This document shows, one piece after another, positions 39,801 to 48,804 of a DNA stretch of 64,000 nt. Every line of letters starts with the position of its first letter. The stretch's first letter is position 1. The position numbers and the translations under genes are program-made. The stretch spans positions 42,373 through 106,372 of the forward strand of contig JAFECK010000005.1 in the NCBI GenBank assembly GCA_018242185.1, read 5' to 3'. The notes beneath the pieces are model-generated. The model worked only from the letters and a program-made list of their open reading frames with translations. It had not been told where the DNA came from and did not search any database. The DNA comes from Pseudomonadota bacterium. Lineage in GTDB: Bacteria > Pseudomonadota > Alphaproteobacteria > Rickettsiales > Midichloriaceae.

Positions 39801-42800
39801 ATGAATGTTATACTGCTTGAAATCTTCCATGGTGGTTGCTAGAGGCGTAATTGGCGTATTATTGGACTGAAGCCCGAGGTATGCATGGAATTTTCTCTGG
39901 CTCACTGCATCCCTTGAAGCTAAGTCATAAGTTGAGGTGGAAATGATCAACTTAGCTCCAAGCAGCGCATCAACGGCATCGTTTATGGCAATCGCTATAG
40001 TTTTACCTGACCCAGTCTTCATGCCATGGAAAATATTTTGCTCACCTTTCGCTCGCGTTTTGGAATAAAGCACGCTAACCAGCTGAATTGGCCTTGGGAA
40101 TTCGCCAGTAGTACGGTATCTGCCAACCGCTATGTAGGCAAGCAGGTTAGCGAGATTACTAGGATCTTGCTTGTAAAGTTCGACGGTCTCCTTTAGGCCA
40201 TCAGCAAACTGCTTATCGGTGTATGAGATAAGCCCATTCTGGACCTTAAGGATAGCCTCACTCCAACCATTAGCTAAGGCGTTAATAGTATTATTATCTA
40301 GCTGTTGCCACTGGGTATCCCCTGGTTTTTTAACCTGCACCTGCGCAAGTTTCTCCCGCAGCTTGAGCATATCTTCTTGCATTCGTGCGTCGGCATTTTT
40401 ATTCTTTGACCAGCCGAATACGAGGTTTCTGCCAGCATCCTGGAAGAATGCCTTGGACTTCTCCTCGCAATACTCTTTGGATAACTCCTGGCGCTCAAGC
40501 AGGTCACGCTTTAAGTCAATAGAGTGACAAATAGGCTTAGTTACTAGCCTTTCCAACGCAGTAAGTGTGTCATTATCTAAACCCGCAATTCTAGCGATAA
40601 ATGTATTTAACAAATTTATATCAGACATCTGCAATCGTTGTAGGGCAGGCGCGCCTTCGCTTTTATCAGGGTTAGCAAACTTATTGCGTAGGATTTGATC
40701 AGCTATGCGTATTAGGTGCACATGCACAGCAGGATTTTTTTGGCTTATACTACTAATCAAGTCTACGAACACTTGTGGTGCCGGCTTCTGCTGATTTTTA
40801 CCCAGACGGCGATCCAACGCAAAGACCAGATTCATCACTAAATCTGGGGCCGTTTTTAGCAGGTTCATTACGCACTCAAGAGAGCTTCCCATGCTGGATT
40901 GTTGTGCTTTACTAGCATCCTTAGCTGGGCTGAATGCGGCTATATACTTCATCAGCAGCATCTTATCCTGTTGCCTGCACACTCGCTCTAATACTTCAAA
41001 AAGCTGCAGCGGGATATGCGCTATTTCTCTTTTCGCTGCAATAACAGAAGAACTAGAGCTTGAATTGCTATCCGCAGTAACGCTCTTATCATAACGCCTC
41101 ACGTCACGTAGCTGGTACAGGTTCAATGCCGCCTGCGTAAGCTCACTAAAGTTAAATCCTTTAATCTCCTGGGCGAAGGTGGCAAACTTCATCACCGTGC
41201 TTAAAAAGAGCCGTAAATCGTTTTTGTATAAGTCATGATTATACCTCTGTACACGGTTTCTACCGCTACCACTTACTTCGGATGGCGTCGCCCACAAATC
41301 AGCATTATAGGCCATGGTCCGCATTAGGTTATCAGGCGTCTGCTCTCTACGAGGGTGCTTAAACGGCTGCTTAATTTTCATCGCCCCTAGGATCTGCAGC
41401 AAGAACTCTATGCCTTGGGCATGCTCCATGTCAGTATCATAACTGCTTCTAATCAGCTCAATGCTACGCATGTGATGTTGCATACCCATAGGCTGTAGCC
41501 TAACTAAAGTAGCTAGCTTAGCCCTGATCTGCGCGTCTATCTCATCTACGCTATTGTCACCGATGAACTGGTAGGCATCACCCCCGGTAAGCGCCTCTAG
41601 CATGTCATCGACATAGCGAGTAGCTTTGCTATCTAGCCTGTCTGCGCGGCCAGTTTCATGGTTTCTGACTACCTGGCGTGGTAGGAAATGTAGCAGATAA
41701 TGATGCAGCACTAGGGCTGATATGCGCTTCTTTTCTTGATCATCAGCGCCCCATTCGCTCGTTGTGACAAATGCATCAGAAACCATGCTGCGTATGCCCT
41801 GTTTCCCCGTTAACTTCCCGATAACCTCTGGCGACTGTTCTTGCTTCCATTGTGCATAGCCTTTGCCTACTATAGTCACCGCCGGCTGTTTATTCGCTAG
41901 CAGCTCATCCCATGAAATTTGATCCAAGATCAGGTCAGCTTTTCTGATAAGATTCGGGAATAGGCGATCCATCTCCTTTCTGCATGCTTCACTTGTAGTC
42001 TTCCCTTTTAAAGCCTTACAAAGCTCCTGATAGTCAACCTGATGAAAGTTAACCACGTTTTCCCAGTCGATCTCATCCAGCCATTCATTCACATACTTTA
42101 TGGTTCGCAAAGCGGCGCTATTCTTCAGTATATCCGCGGGACTCACGGTAGCATCATGGATCGACAAATCTTTTTTCCACTCGCGTGGATCCTTCGGTAA
42201 GCTGCTATTAGTACAGAGTATGCATAAGGTAAGTAGATCTTCGTTTTTATACCGATCGTAAAGCAGCATATCAGCCCCGGTCGGCTCAACTACTTGGTTA
42301 TTCCAAAATGCGTTATCTGGGTACCGGAAGCCGCTGATGTCATGAGAAAAATCCGTAAGCAAAGGAGGGATCGAGCTATCACAGCGGTGAGCAGCAAACC
42401 ATATAGCCCTACACCTTGATGCAGCGTGCCTTGCGTCAATGTATTTATTGTCCAGTTTAACCCGATAGCGTGTGTGCAACAGCTCTTCCTGCAAGCGCCC
42501 CATAAAATAGGTGCCGCTAGTTTTATGCTTTTTCGCATCATCCATGTCACTCTCATATAGCACCATTGCTACACCAGAGCCAGAGAGTCCAATTTGGGCA
42601 TTTGCTAATTTTACACTCAACCTTGCGGTGTATTCCTTCAAGGTGTCTATCAAGCGCTCAAATTCTGCCTGCACTGCAGTCTTATCTTGCTCACGTATAC
42701 TTGCGCTATCGTACTTGAGAATCAGTTGAAACTGGCGTAAATAGTCAGAGAAAAACTGTAATACCTCATCAGCGTACTCTGGTTGGAACTCGGTGAGGAT

Positions 42801-45800
42801 CCTATAATACTGGCGTCTACTCCATTCAATATCTTTAGGTGCGGTCACCTTATCATCATTGCTGTTTGGTTCCCTGGCATACAGTGCACGCCAATGCGCT
42901 CCTGTATACAATAGGCTCCGATTTGCAGAGTCGGCATATTTATCATATGTATTATAGTAGGTAAGTTCGCCTATCTCTGGCCTCGCTACGTTATGCGGCC
43001 CTGTATAACGCCCAATTGCTGCGCCAGATGCCAGGCTCATCTCCGGAGTAATGATGATAGGATCCCATATATCGTGTAGGAATGCGGTTTGCTTGTATTC
43101 CTCAGAGCCCTCGCAAGTTTTTGCCAAATCCATGGCATAGACCGCGCTATGCTGTGCCAATGAGCATTTTAGAGAATGGTAACTGTTTAGTTGTACTGCT
43201 GCGACCCTAGCATTCACAAACTTCAAGTGCTCCTCTATAGTATTGGCGTTGGGGCCAGCTGCCTCCAGTGCTGCCTTGTATTCAGGTTCAGCATTCAGGG
43301 CGACGATTTGCTGCATAAGCATCTCAGGGCTTTTGCTAGCCGCATGGTCGAGGATGCGATATAGCCTATACAGGTCCGTCTGCGTATTGCCGCTCACGCC
43401 GTCTAGGATGATGCAACGGCCTTTTGCGCTAGATCCAGTGACCCTACGTACCAACTCTTCCTGTAGCTCTGCCACGAATTCGTTATTCTGATTGCCAGGA
43501 ATATCGCCTGTCATCGCCTGGACACGCTCCCAGAAATACTCGAACGCCTTGATCGTGGTATCCAGGTCTGTGTTACCGGTGTGGCTGCTTCTCGCCTCGC
43601 CATCGATTGCAGGTCCGCTAGCGCTGTTGAGCACTGCTTCCAGGAACTGCAACTTGACTTTTAGTTTTCTGGCTTCTAACGGGCTTACCTCGTCAGTAGT
43701 GGCTGAAGTAGTAGGATCTCCTTCCTTTGGCTGTACATACTCGCGTTTCAATACCTCTAGGTTGCTAGCCAGCCATTTTAGCTTGTCTAACATCTCCTTA
43801 GTTGCAAGATAACTCCAATCTGGGCGAGAAGTGTTATAGCGGATACAATGAATTAGCGCTCGGTATGTCTTGTTATCAGGCGTGCCTTTATTCAGTTCGC
43901 GAATGGCAAGTAGGTGGGTCGCAATCCCCGCCAGCGCGTCAATGCCATATACAGCGACAATAGATAGGATATTATAATTAATCTTCTCAGTGCCGCACAT
44001 ATCCTCGATAACCGCACGAACACTGTCATTTTTATAGGTGTCCGGCAGTTTATCATATAACACATCAACCAAAGGTTGAGGTGGTAAATTCTGCTGCAGG
44101 CCTCGGTAGTAGTTGATGTATTGGTCTAGTGGGTCATCACCTGCGATCAACCCAGCCTTAGAGATAACATCTGGTCTACCTGGATCTTTTGGTAACTCTT
44201 CCCTAGCACTGCTGGCTACATCAGCGTTTTGAGCGCGATAGTGCATAGCCAGAGATTGCTGTTTGAAGGGGTCTTGATGCGTAGTATTGGCAAGAGGGTC
44301 TATCCGCAGCTTGTTTTGATTATTTTCCTTATCTTCTTTGTAATGATCCGAACGCCAGGCTATTGAATAGACGATGTCATCCTTATTGCTCCAGCTTCCA
44401 TTTCGCGCGATATGGTCATGACGCCGCTGGTCAGCATGTTCGGTGGGGGTAGCCTTGTAGATGTAATAAGGAACCTTGCATTTATATACACGTGTGCCCA
44501 GTGGGAGATTATTATAATCTATCCCACCCTTGAAGAGTTGGTAATTATGGCAGGCCAGCATCAATATTGAGTCATCGATATGCCAGGAGTTGAGGCCACC
44601 CTTTGCGGTATATTGCTGCATCAGCGTCTGCCAGCTGATACCGGTGATCTCATCATCATTCCCCAGCACCTCAACATGCACTGATGCTGCACCAGTCAAT
44701 CCAGAGATAAACCGCACGTATTGGCGGGCTACATAGCTATAAGCTTGCTTACTCAAGGTAGGGTTGCTTAAGCTACGAACATTCTTTATCTCTTCCATTA
44801 AATCAAAGCTTTCTCCTGCCTTACAGCGTGCTTGAAGTGCATCAAACGACCTTTCATTTTCCGGCAGAGAACGGCAGTATTCTTCAAATATAGAGGCTAC
44901 CAAGACATGTATAGCCCTGTTGATCTGTTTTACCTTGTAAATCTTACGGTTGGTGGGATTACGCTCCCCATCGTCATATCGGTTAGAGCCGGCATATAGC
45001 ATAGCAGCCTTAGCTCTTGGCTCCCTTGTAAGCATGCCCGGATCCCAGGTATCATACGTGCCTACGGTTAGCGCCTCTTGGTTGTTGGCTCGCTCGGTGA
45101 CGGATACCGGTATACCAAGGAGCTCATCTAGCCTATAGGCGTCACTATGACCTATAATGCCCCTATCTTCTACTGCTGGGCCATTGAGGTTGAGATTGCT
45201 TTGATATTGCTGTTGCAACTGCTTGTCTACATGCGTCTCTATAGTGATTTCGCGCTGCGCTTGTACCTGCTTTGTTACTTCCACTTGTGCTTCTACGTTT
45301 ACTGCAACCTCTAGCTCAGCCTTAGTATGCCCTGTTCTAGGTGTGGCATCCTCTTTATAATGCTCGACTACCTTTCTTGGCGCACTCATGCTAGTGCTAG
45401 CTGACACTCCAACATGCACAGGCTGCCATTGCTGCATGCTAACTTTTTTCTGCGGCCAAATGGTTTGCTCTGTAACCACCCCATTAACATCATCCAAACA
45501 AGCGACCACGTATAGCTTTCCAGATAGCTGATAAGCTCCTAATCTACGGTTAAGCTCTTCATAATGCGCCACATCTTTACAATGCAATTCCAGGGATTGC
45601 ACGCCAAACCCGTCAAGCTCAGCCAGGAACTCCTCTAAGGTTGTGAGGGTCTGGAGCTTCTTTTCTATGTACTTGGCTTGCTGTCGTTTCTCATCTCCAG
45701 GCTTATCTTGATATTTAAAGATATCCAGCGGCGCTCCTTCCTCGTCATCCCCGGTTTTCTTTGACTCAGCGCTACTCCCTGCTGCCTGTGCGTCAGCGTT

Positions 45801-46220
45801 TTTCCCTTCTTGTACTAGTCGCTCTATTTCAGGTCTTGCGGCATCTATTGTGGCTTGTTTAACATCGCTGGTTAACAGAGCATCAATGTGGACATTGCGT
45901 AATACTAAAGACTGCATTCGTACAATGTGTGAGCGCAGTTTTTCGAAGGATTTTAGGATAAAGCCTAGTTTATAAAACTCATCAACTGCATCAACTCCTC
46001 CTAAAAATACCCGCCCTTTTTGGGTATCTACCTGCCCAAGATTCAATTCTATTGTTACAGACCCAGTCCATGTACTACCAAATCCAGTACCACGTATCGA
46101 ACTTATATATCCGTTGGCAGATATACCGTAATAACTCGTATCACCCAGTACATCTTCAACAACGCTGTTAACCTCTTGTGTCAGAGAGAGCGAATTATCA
46201 TCATGCAGGATTACTTTCAT
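36888..46220 (-). CDS. giant protein 2 (3110 aa): SecA-like DEAD motor plus C-terminal multi-TM block
   Basis: Uninterrupted 9333-nt ORF, a diverged paralog of 26656-36060. Motifs: MKTGSGKTIA, LIISTSTYDLASRDA, YNIHYGT, ADEMDRDAHSP, TMARGVDA, GRTHGRFKGGRAG, plus a homologous C-terminal TM block. Confidence 0.85.
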   Translation of the reverse strand: MKVILHDDNSLSLTQEVNSVVEDVLGDTSYYGISANGYISSIRGTGFGSTWTGSVTIELNLGQVDTQKGRVFLGGVDAVDEFYKLGFILKSFEKLRSHIVRMQSLVLRNVHIDALLTSDVKQATIDAARPEIERLVQEGKNADAQAAGSSAESKKTGDDEEGAPLDIFKYQDKPGDEKRQQAKYIEKKLQTLTTLEEFLAELDGFGVQSLELHCKDVAHYEELNRRLGAYQLSGKLYVVACLDDVNGVVTEQTIWPQKKVSMQQWQPVHVGVSASTSMSAPRKVVEHYKEDATPRTGHTKAELEVAVNVEAQVEVTKQVQAQREITIETHVDKQLQQQYQSNLNLNGPAVEDRGIIGHSDAYRLDELLGIPVSVTERANNQEALTVGTYDTWDPGMLTREPRAKAAMLYAGSNRYDDGERNPTNRKIYKVKQINRAIHVLVASIFEEYCRSLPENERSFDALQARCKAGESFDLMEEIKNVRSLSNPTLSKQAYSYVARQYVRFISGLTGAASVHVEVLGNDDEITGISWQTLMQQYTAKGGLNSWHIDDSILMLACHNYQLFKGGIDYNNLPLGTRVYKCKVPYYIYKATPTEHADQRRHDHIARNGSWSNKDDIVYSIAWRSDHYKEDKENNQNKLRIDPLANTTHQDPFKQQSLAMHYRAQNADVASSAREELPKDPGRPDVISKAGLIAGDDPLDQYINYYRGLQQNLPPQPLVDVLYDKLPDTYKNDSVRAVIEDMCGTEKINYNILSIVAVYGIDALAGIATHLLAIRELNKGTPDNKTYRALIHCIRYNTSRPDWSYLATKEMLDKLKWLASNLEVLKREYVQPKEGDPTTSATTDEVSPLEARKLKVKLQFLEAVLNSASGPAIDGEARSSHTGNTDLDTTIKAFEYFWERVQAMTGDIPGNQNNEFVAELQEELVRRVTGSSAKGRCIILDGVSGNTQTDLYRLYRILDHAASKSPEMLMQQIVALNAEPEYKAALEAAGPNANTIEEHLKFVNARVAAVQLNSYHSLKCSLAQHSAVYAMDLAKTCEGSEEYKQTAFLHDIWDPIIITPEMSLASGAAIGRYTGPHNVARPEIGELTYYNTYDKYADSANRSLLYTGAHWRALYAREPNSNDDKVTAPKDIEWSRRQYYRILTEFQPEYADEVLQFFSDYLRQFQLILKYDSASIREQDKTAVQAEFERLIDTLKEYTARLSVKLANAQIGLSGSGVAMVLYESDMDDAKKHKTSGTYFMGRLQEELLHTRYRVKLDNKYIDARHAASRCRAIWFAAHRCDSSIPPLLTDFSHDISGFRYPDNAFWNNQVVEPTGADMLLYDRYKNEDLLTLCILCTNSSLPKDPREWKKDLSIHDATVSPADILKNSAALRTIKYVNEWLDEIDWENVVNFHQVDYQELCKALKGKTTSEACRKEMDRLFPNLIRKADLILDQISWDELLANKQPAVTIVGKGYAQWKQEQSPEVIGKLTGKQGIRSMVSDAFVTTSEWGADDQEKKRISALVLHHYLLHFLPRQVVRNHETGRADRLDSKATRYVDDMLEALTGGDAYQFIGDNSVDEIDAQIRAKLATLVRLQPMGMQHHMRSIELIRSSYDTDMEHAQGIEFLLQILGAMKIKQPFKHPRREQTPDNLMRTMAYNADLWATPSEVSGSGRNRVQRYNHDLYKNDLRLFLSTVMKFATFAQEIKGFNFSELTQAALNLYQLRDVRRYDKSVTADSNSSSSSSVIAAKREIAHIPLQLFEVLERVCRQQDKMLLMKYIAAFSPAKDASKAQQSSMGSSLECVMNLLKTAPDLVMNLVFALDRRLGKNQQKPAPQVFVDLISSISQKNPAVHVHLIRIADQILRNKFANPDKSEGAPALQRLQMSDINLLNTFIARIAGLDNDTLTALERLVTKPICHSIDLKRDLLERQELSKEYCEEKSKAFFQDAGRNLVFGWSKNKNADARMQEDMLKLREKLAQVQVKKPGDTQWQQLDNNTINALANGWSEAILKVQNGLISYTDKQFADGLKETVELYKQDPSNLANLLAYIAVGRYRTTGEFPRPIQLVSVLYSKTRAKGEQNIFHGMKTGSGKTIAIAINDAVDALLGAKLIISTSTYDLASRDAVSQRKFHAYLGLQSNNTPITPLATTMEDFKQYNIHYGTLPDIILWRMKQQSENASFKDMRIRLKADEMDRDAHSPIKQRLAKRQELSNGGEAGKSAAVWQRLLELIVEMVDTEKSEQNLWQLLYEPYSRDPQQGFTAEDNHHNLLVFLEHKKEKLSAEVEAAVDPRDKIKLEDDLALVKRAKGMLCPKADSRPEKELENAAKGLLDRDTIHSLVEAAVDSKAALAHWKQGVDYYDVPEYNWNDLGRSPVMSAQHRKVSIVDGIFSKASRSIVYGRSMQQFLHLRANAQEQAQPGAQPRHFVIDDLSDTIAMSSSQEELLGVQSIEELAALEDFGFETCEGYSATMGNEHDQQEFIANQKFTLIKYPTHEEWESKELFADLDVEAHRDADPKNKNGHVLIVDDLDAQVDALIQTAIEINKPTIALTKQAQPLNLLCETEAEVRALYAKLAEKLRDNPQLRTLFPALQTYTKGMVHELKDGRLYSYDYENYKKAREALGLEKNTNKQKDLHAKVVKQMSHLGVITIGTIGTMARGVDAKSIPILNDTGQQLQDPVTRAPMTTNLTTIVLSSKSITRPAATQSLGRTHGRFKGGRAGFILIGSDVANSLNEHEEQKVQKRHYDENNISVPDVVDLAARNAAKNRQAREASRLPDRVWRYLQYETFRLIGAVRELADKAAERQEGGSGKPINYSQALDLLPFVTRLLHVKLSRYFQDNPDATNEQFVQYAAGEWARLVNQAPGIPLRPEIRIDGIKERLDRHLAARHVVQPVLPESKSIPQKKDSTFIKAITAPYYAIDVASNAIFMSTASVITKSKATQKRVAMVGNRTFFMLLMSSTMMFVPSLVTGVLEQANVTDLAVKALPSPLSHYVLGAFEYQTMLVYMGIGMIVGATFGGLLQSSSRDKQQIALRQFGESHSALFSGVTSGAISGLLYAAQRYSLQYATEILLTKYATSTILSSPEATLAILLATHLISGILSTIEYSFLNETINKHMSAGVGENTASLIEG

Positions 46221-46286
46221 TTTTTAAGGTCCATTTTTTTATAGGTTATTGCTAAAATATTTAACAATAGTTAACAATAAGGCGCT

Positions 46287-46315
46287 GGTATACCATAATA
46301 TCGCGAAAATATCAA
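46287..46315 (-). promoter_or_regulatory. candidate sigma70 promoter of giant gene 2 (TTGATA-17-TATACC)
   Basis: On the minus strand TTGATA (46315-46310) is followed by a 17-nt spacer and TATACC (46292-46287), about 65 nt upstream of the ATG at 46220. It is homologous to the element at 36177-36205. Confidence 0.45.
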
Positions 46316-46401
46316 CAGTGCGTGCGCAGTTTGGTGCAATATAGCTGAACATGCAGTATAATATGGGTGCAATGCTGAAGTGAACCCACGGAGGAGTAGG
46401 T

Positions 46402-46722
46402 ATGACAATACACAGATTACACTCTATAAAAAAGGAATTCCCGGTTATACTGGAGCAATCCAAAGGTATTATTAGTATCGCCTGCAGAAAGGCTGGCATA
46501 GAGCGCAAGACTTACTATAACTGGTGCAGCAAGGACTGGGAGTTCGCCGCTAAGTGCGATGATGTGCTGGAACTAGCAGCTGATATGGTGGAGTATGCCT
46601 TGCTGCAGAAGATAGATAAGGGTGACACTACAGCTATGATTTTCTATCTTAAGACTAAATGCAAGCACCGCGGCTACACGGAGCGTATCGAGAGGGTGCA
46701 AGCCACACAACCTAAAAGCTGA
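46402..46722 (+). CDS. HTH protein resembling phage terminase small-subunit / DNA-packaging HTH proteins
   Basis: 106-aa ORF preceded by GGAGGAG. The pattern IACRKAGIERKTYYNWCSKD....A.D.VE.AL....DKGDTTAMIFYLKTKCKHRGY resembles the small-terminase-type HTH family. Confidence 0.5.
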   Translation: MTIHRLHSIKKEFPVILEQSKGIISIACRKAGIERKTYYNWCSKDWEFAAKCDDVLELAADMVEYALLQKIDKGDTTAMIFYLKTKCKHRGYTERIERVQATQPKS

Positions 46723-46866
46723 ACATAGATTACATGCAATGCATTAGGGGATTTAGGGGATGATTTTCTTAAAAGCAAGTGGTGTAGGGACTATTTGAGC
46801 AGCAAGAAACGGCACTCCATGATATACCACGAAGAAAGGCCTTGCTGCGCTAAGCCGCTAAAAGCT

Positions 46867-46913
46867 TGGTTGCGGGGGCTGGATTTGAACCAACGACCTT
46901 CAGGTTATGAGCC
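46867..46913 (-). other. 3' fragment (47 nt) of an initiator-like tRNA-Met(CAU) gene; presumed att-site scar
   Basis: The minus strand reads GGCTCATAACCTGAAGGTCGTTGGTTCAAATCCAGCCCCCGCAACCA. This covers the anticodon loop CTCATAA, variable loop, T-arm, 3' acceptor strand, discriminator A and CCA. It is nearly identical to the 3' half of E. coli tRNA-fMet as remembered. No matching 5' acceptor strand, D-arm or 5' anticodon-stem strand follows. Confidence 0.75.
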
Positions 46914-46987
46914 AGCTGGACAGTTTATTTATACTCACTTATAAGTATTGACAAATTGGGCATTTTCAGCCATATTTCAAGGATTCA

Positions 46988-47042
46988 ATTTTGATCATTT
47001 TTGATCGAATTGGATACATGCTGCGGCACCAGTGCGGCACCA
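46988..47042. repeat. two pairs of short tandem direct repeats between att scar and int start
   Basis: ATTTTGATC (46988-46996) is followed by ATTTTTGATC (46997-47006). TGCGGCACCA (47022-47031) is followed by TGCGGCACCA (47033-47042). Confidence 0.6.
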
Positions 47043-48231
47043 AGTTAATATGCAATATGGAGAGGAATCAATGGATAAGGAGTTTAATTTTACCAAGAGA
47101 GCGCTGATGGCTCTAAAAGCGCCATCTAAGGGTAAGGCGTATTATAAGGATACTACTGAGCGCGGCCTATCCCTTTATATCACTGCAACTGAGGTCATTA
47201 CCTTCTTTATACGCAAAAGAGTGCATGGTAAAGATGAACGTATTATACTTGGTAACTTCCCAACAATGAGCGTAGAGCAGGCTAGAAAAGAAGCCCTCAA
47301 AGCAAAAGCACAAGTAGCGGAAGGCAAGCATCCTAATGAAGAAAAGCATAAATTACGGCTAGACATTACCTTTGGCATGATGTTTGAACAGTTTATGGAG
47401 CGCTATAGTAAGCCTTTCAAAAAATCTTGGCAGTATGATGAACGGGAAGTGCCTAAATTCTGCACACACTGGTTCCTACTTAAAGCCTCGCAAATATCCA
47501 AATTAGAGATACAAAAATTGCATGAAGAGGTGTTTAAGAACAATGGCCTATACCAGGCAAATAGGATATTATAGCGAATTAGAGCCATATATAACAAAGC
47601 TATAGAATGGGGTTGGGATGGCGTAAACCCGAGCAATGGTATCAAGAAATTTAAAGAAAAATCTCGTGATAGGTTCCTACAACAAAATGAATTACCTAGG
47701 TTTTTCGATGCTTTAGCTGAAGAGCCAAATGAAGTAGTAAGAGATTACATATTGCTTTCAATGTTCACTGGAGCTCGTAAAAGCAACATGCTAGCTATGC
47801 GTTGGTGCGATATAGACCTTGATATGGCTATTTGGCGGATTCCAGATACAAAAAATGGAGACCCAGTAGTGATACCGCTGGTAGGCATTGCCTTAGAGAT
47901 TCTAAAGAAGCGTAAGCTCAGCAATGACGCAACGGGCTTTATAGAGCATCCGTATGTCTTTCCTGGACAAAAGCCAAATAAGCCTATTGCAGACCCTAAA
48001 CGTACATGGAAAAGAGTGCTAAAAATCTCTGGAATCTCTAACCTACGTCTACATGATTTACGCCGTACTCTAGGTAGCTGGCAAGCTATGACAGGCGCTA
48101 CTACCGCGGTCATAGGAAAAAGTCTGGGCCATAAGAGCAAGCATGCAACAGCGGTATATGAACGCTTACAACTCGACCCTGTACGAGCAGCATTCGAAGC
48201 TGCTACTGAAGCTATGTATAAACATACATGA
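47032..48231 (+). pseudogene. int: tyrosine recombinase/integrase (P4-type, DUF4102-like N-terminal arm domain) interrupted by one in-frame TAG
   Basis: ORFs 47032-47574 and 47752-48231 share a frame and read through continuously except for the TAG at 47572-47574 (ANRIL*RIRAIYNKAIEWG). The N-terminus has YYKDTTERGLSLYIT. The C-terminus has catalytic-domain motifs (FTGARKSN, LRLHDLRRT, GHKSKHATAVYERL). The likely ATG is at 47071 with GGAGAGG upstream. Confidence 0.8.
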
Positions 48232-48596
48232 GTTGCGTCACTATTAGGCTGGCATTTACTGATAACCACTAAATTAGCTGCTTTGACGCGCCTTTACTCC
48301 CCTATATCCAGGCTTATAAAATTTTTCTGATTTTGTTATAATAACACTTGCATTGATTTGTTAATATATTATATTATAAAGACTCGTATCTGTTCTCGCG
48401 TTAGTAGGCAGCATGTTCGTACGGCATGTAAACTCGTATGTCCTGTATTGCCAAAAGGCAAAAGCAGATTCGTGCTGGTCCGCGTTAGTGACTTTATCAA
48501 TCAAGTGGTATGACAAGAGCTGCTGCTGCCTACATGTAGCGCTGCACGCTGGCCCTTTACCATACCTGCATTTCATCTAATTTTTAGAATACCGAT

Positions 48597-48800
48597 ATGA
48601 ATATTAACATAGATAAATTATTAACTAGGAAGCAGGCTGCAGCTTATTTAGGGGTCAAAGAAAATACTTTGGCAGTTTGGTCCAGTAAAAACCGCTATAA
48701 ACTAAAATCCTTGAAAATAGGTAGGCTTGTACGGTATCGCCAGTCAGATCTGATACAGTTCGCTAACGCAAACAGCGCTAATTCGCATAGCGAGGTATAA
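48597..48800 (+). CDS. excisionase/AlpA-type helix-turn-helix DNA-binding protein
   Basis: 67-aa ORF. LLTRKQAAAYLGVKENTLAVWS....IGRLVRYRQSDL matches the excisionase-family HTH pattern. Confidence 0.7.
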   Translation: MNINIDKLLTRKQAAAYLGVKENTLAVWSSKNRYKLKSLKIGRLVRYRQSDLIQFANANSANSHSEV

Positions 48801-48804
48801 GGCT

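Noticed and set aside
26656-46220. The giant-gene duplication as an assembly artefact or collapsed repeat.
   Set aside because: The two copies are extensively diverged at both nucleotide and protein level, with different N-termini, different lengths and indels. Both keep open frames, so they are genuine paralogs.
46239-46508. 89-aa minus-strand ORF spanning the giant-2 promoter region and the start of the HTH gene.
   Set aside because: It overlaps the conserved promoter block and the better-supported plus-strand HTH ORF, which has a GGAGGAG ribosome-binding site. It has no recognisable features.
46867-46960. A complete tRNA gene at the island border.
   Set aside because: Similarity to tRNA-fMet stops inside the anticodon stem. 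The expected 5' anticodon-stem strand, D-arm and the TGCGGGG acceptor strand are absent from the next ~50 nt, so only a 3' fragment is called.
48361-48576. 71-aa minus-strand ORF between int and the excisionase-like gene.
   Set aside because: It has no RBS and no motif, and its translation is Cys/Arg-rich. The region is more plausibly regulatory non-coding DNA.
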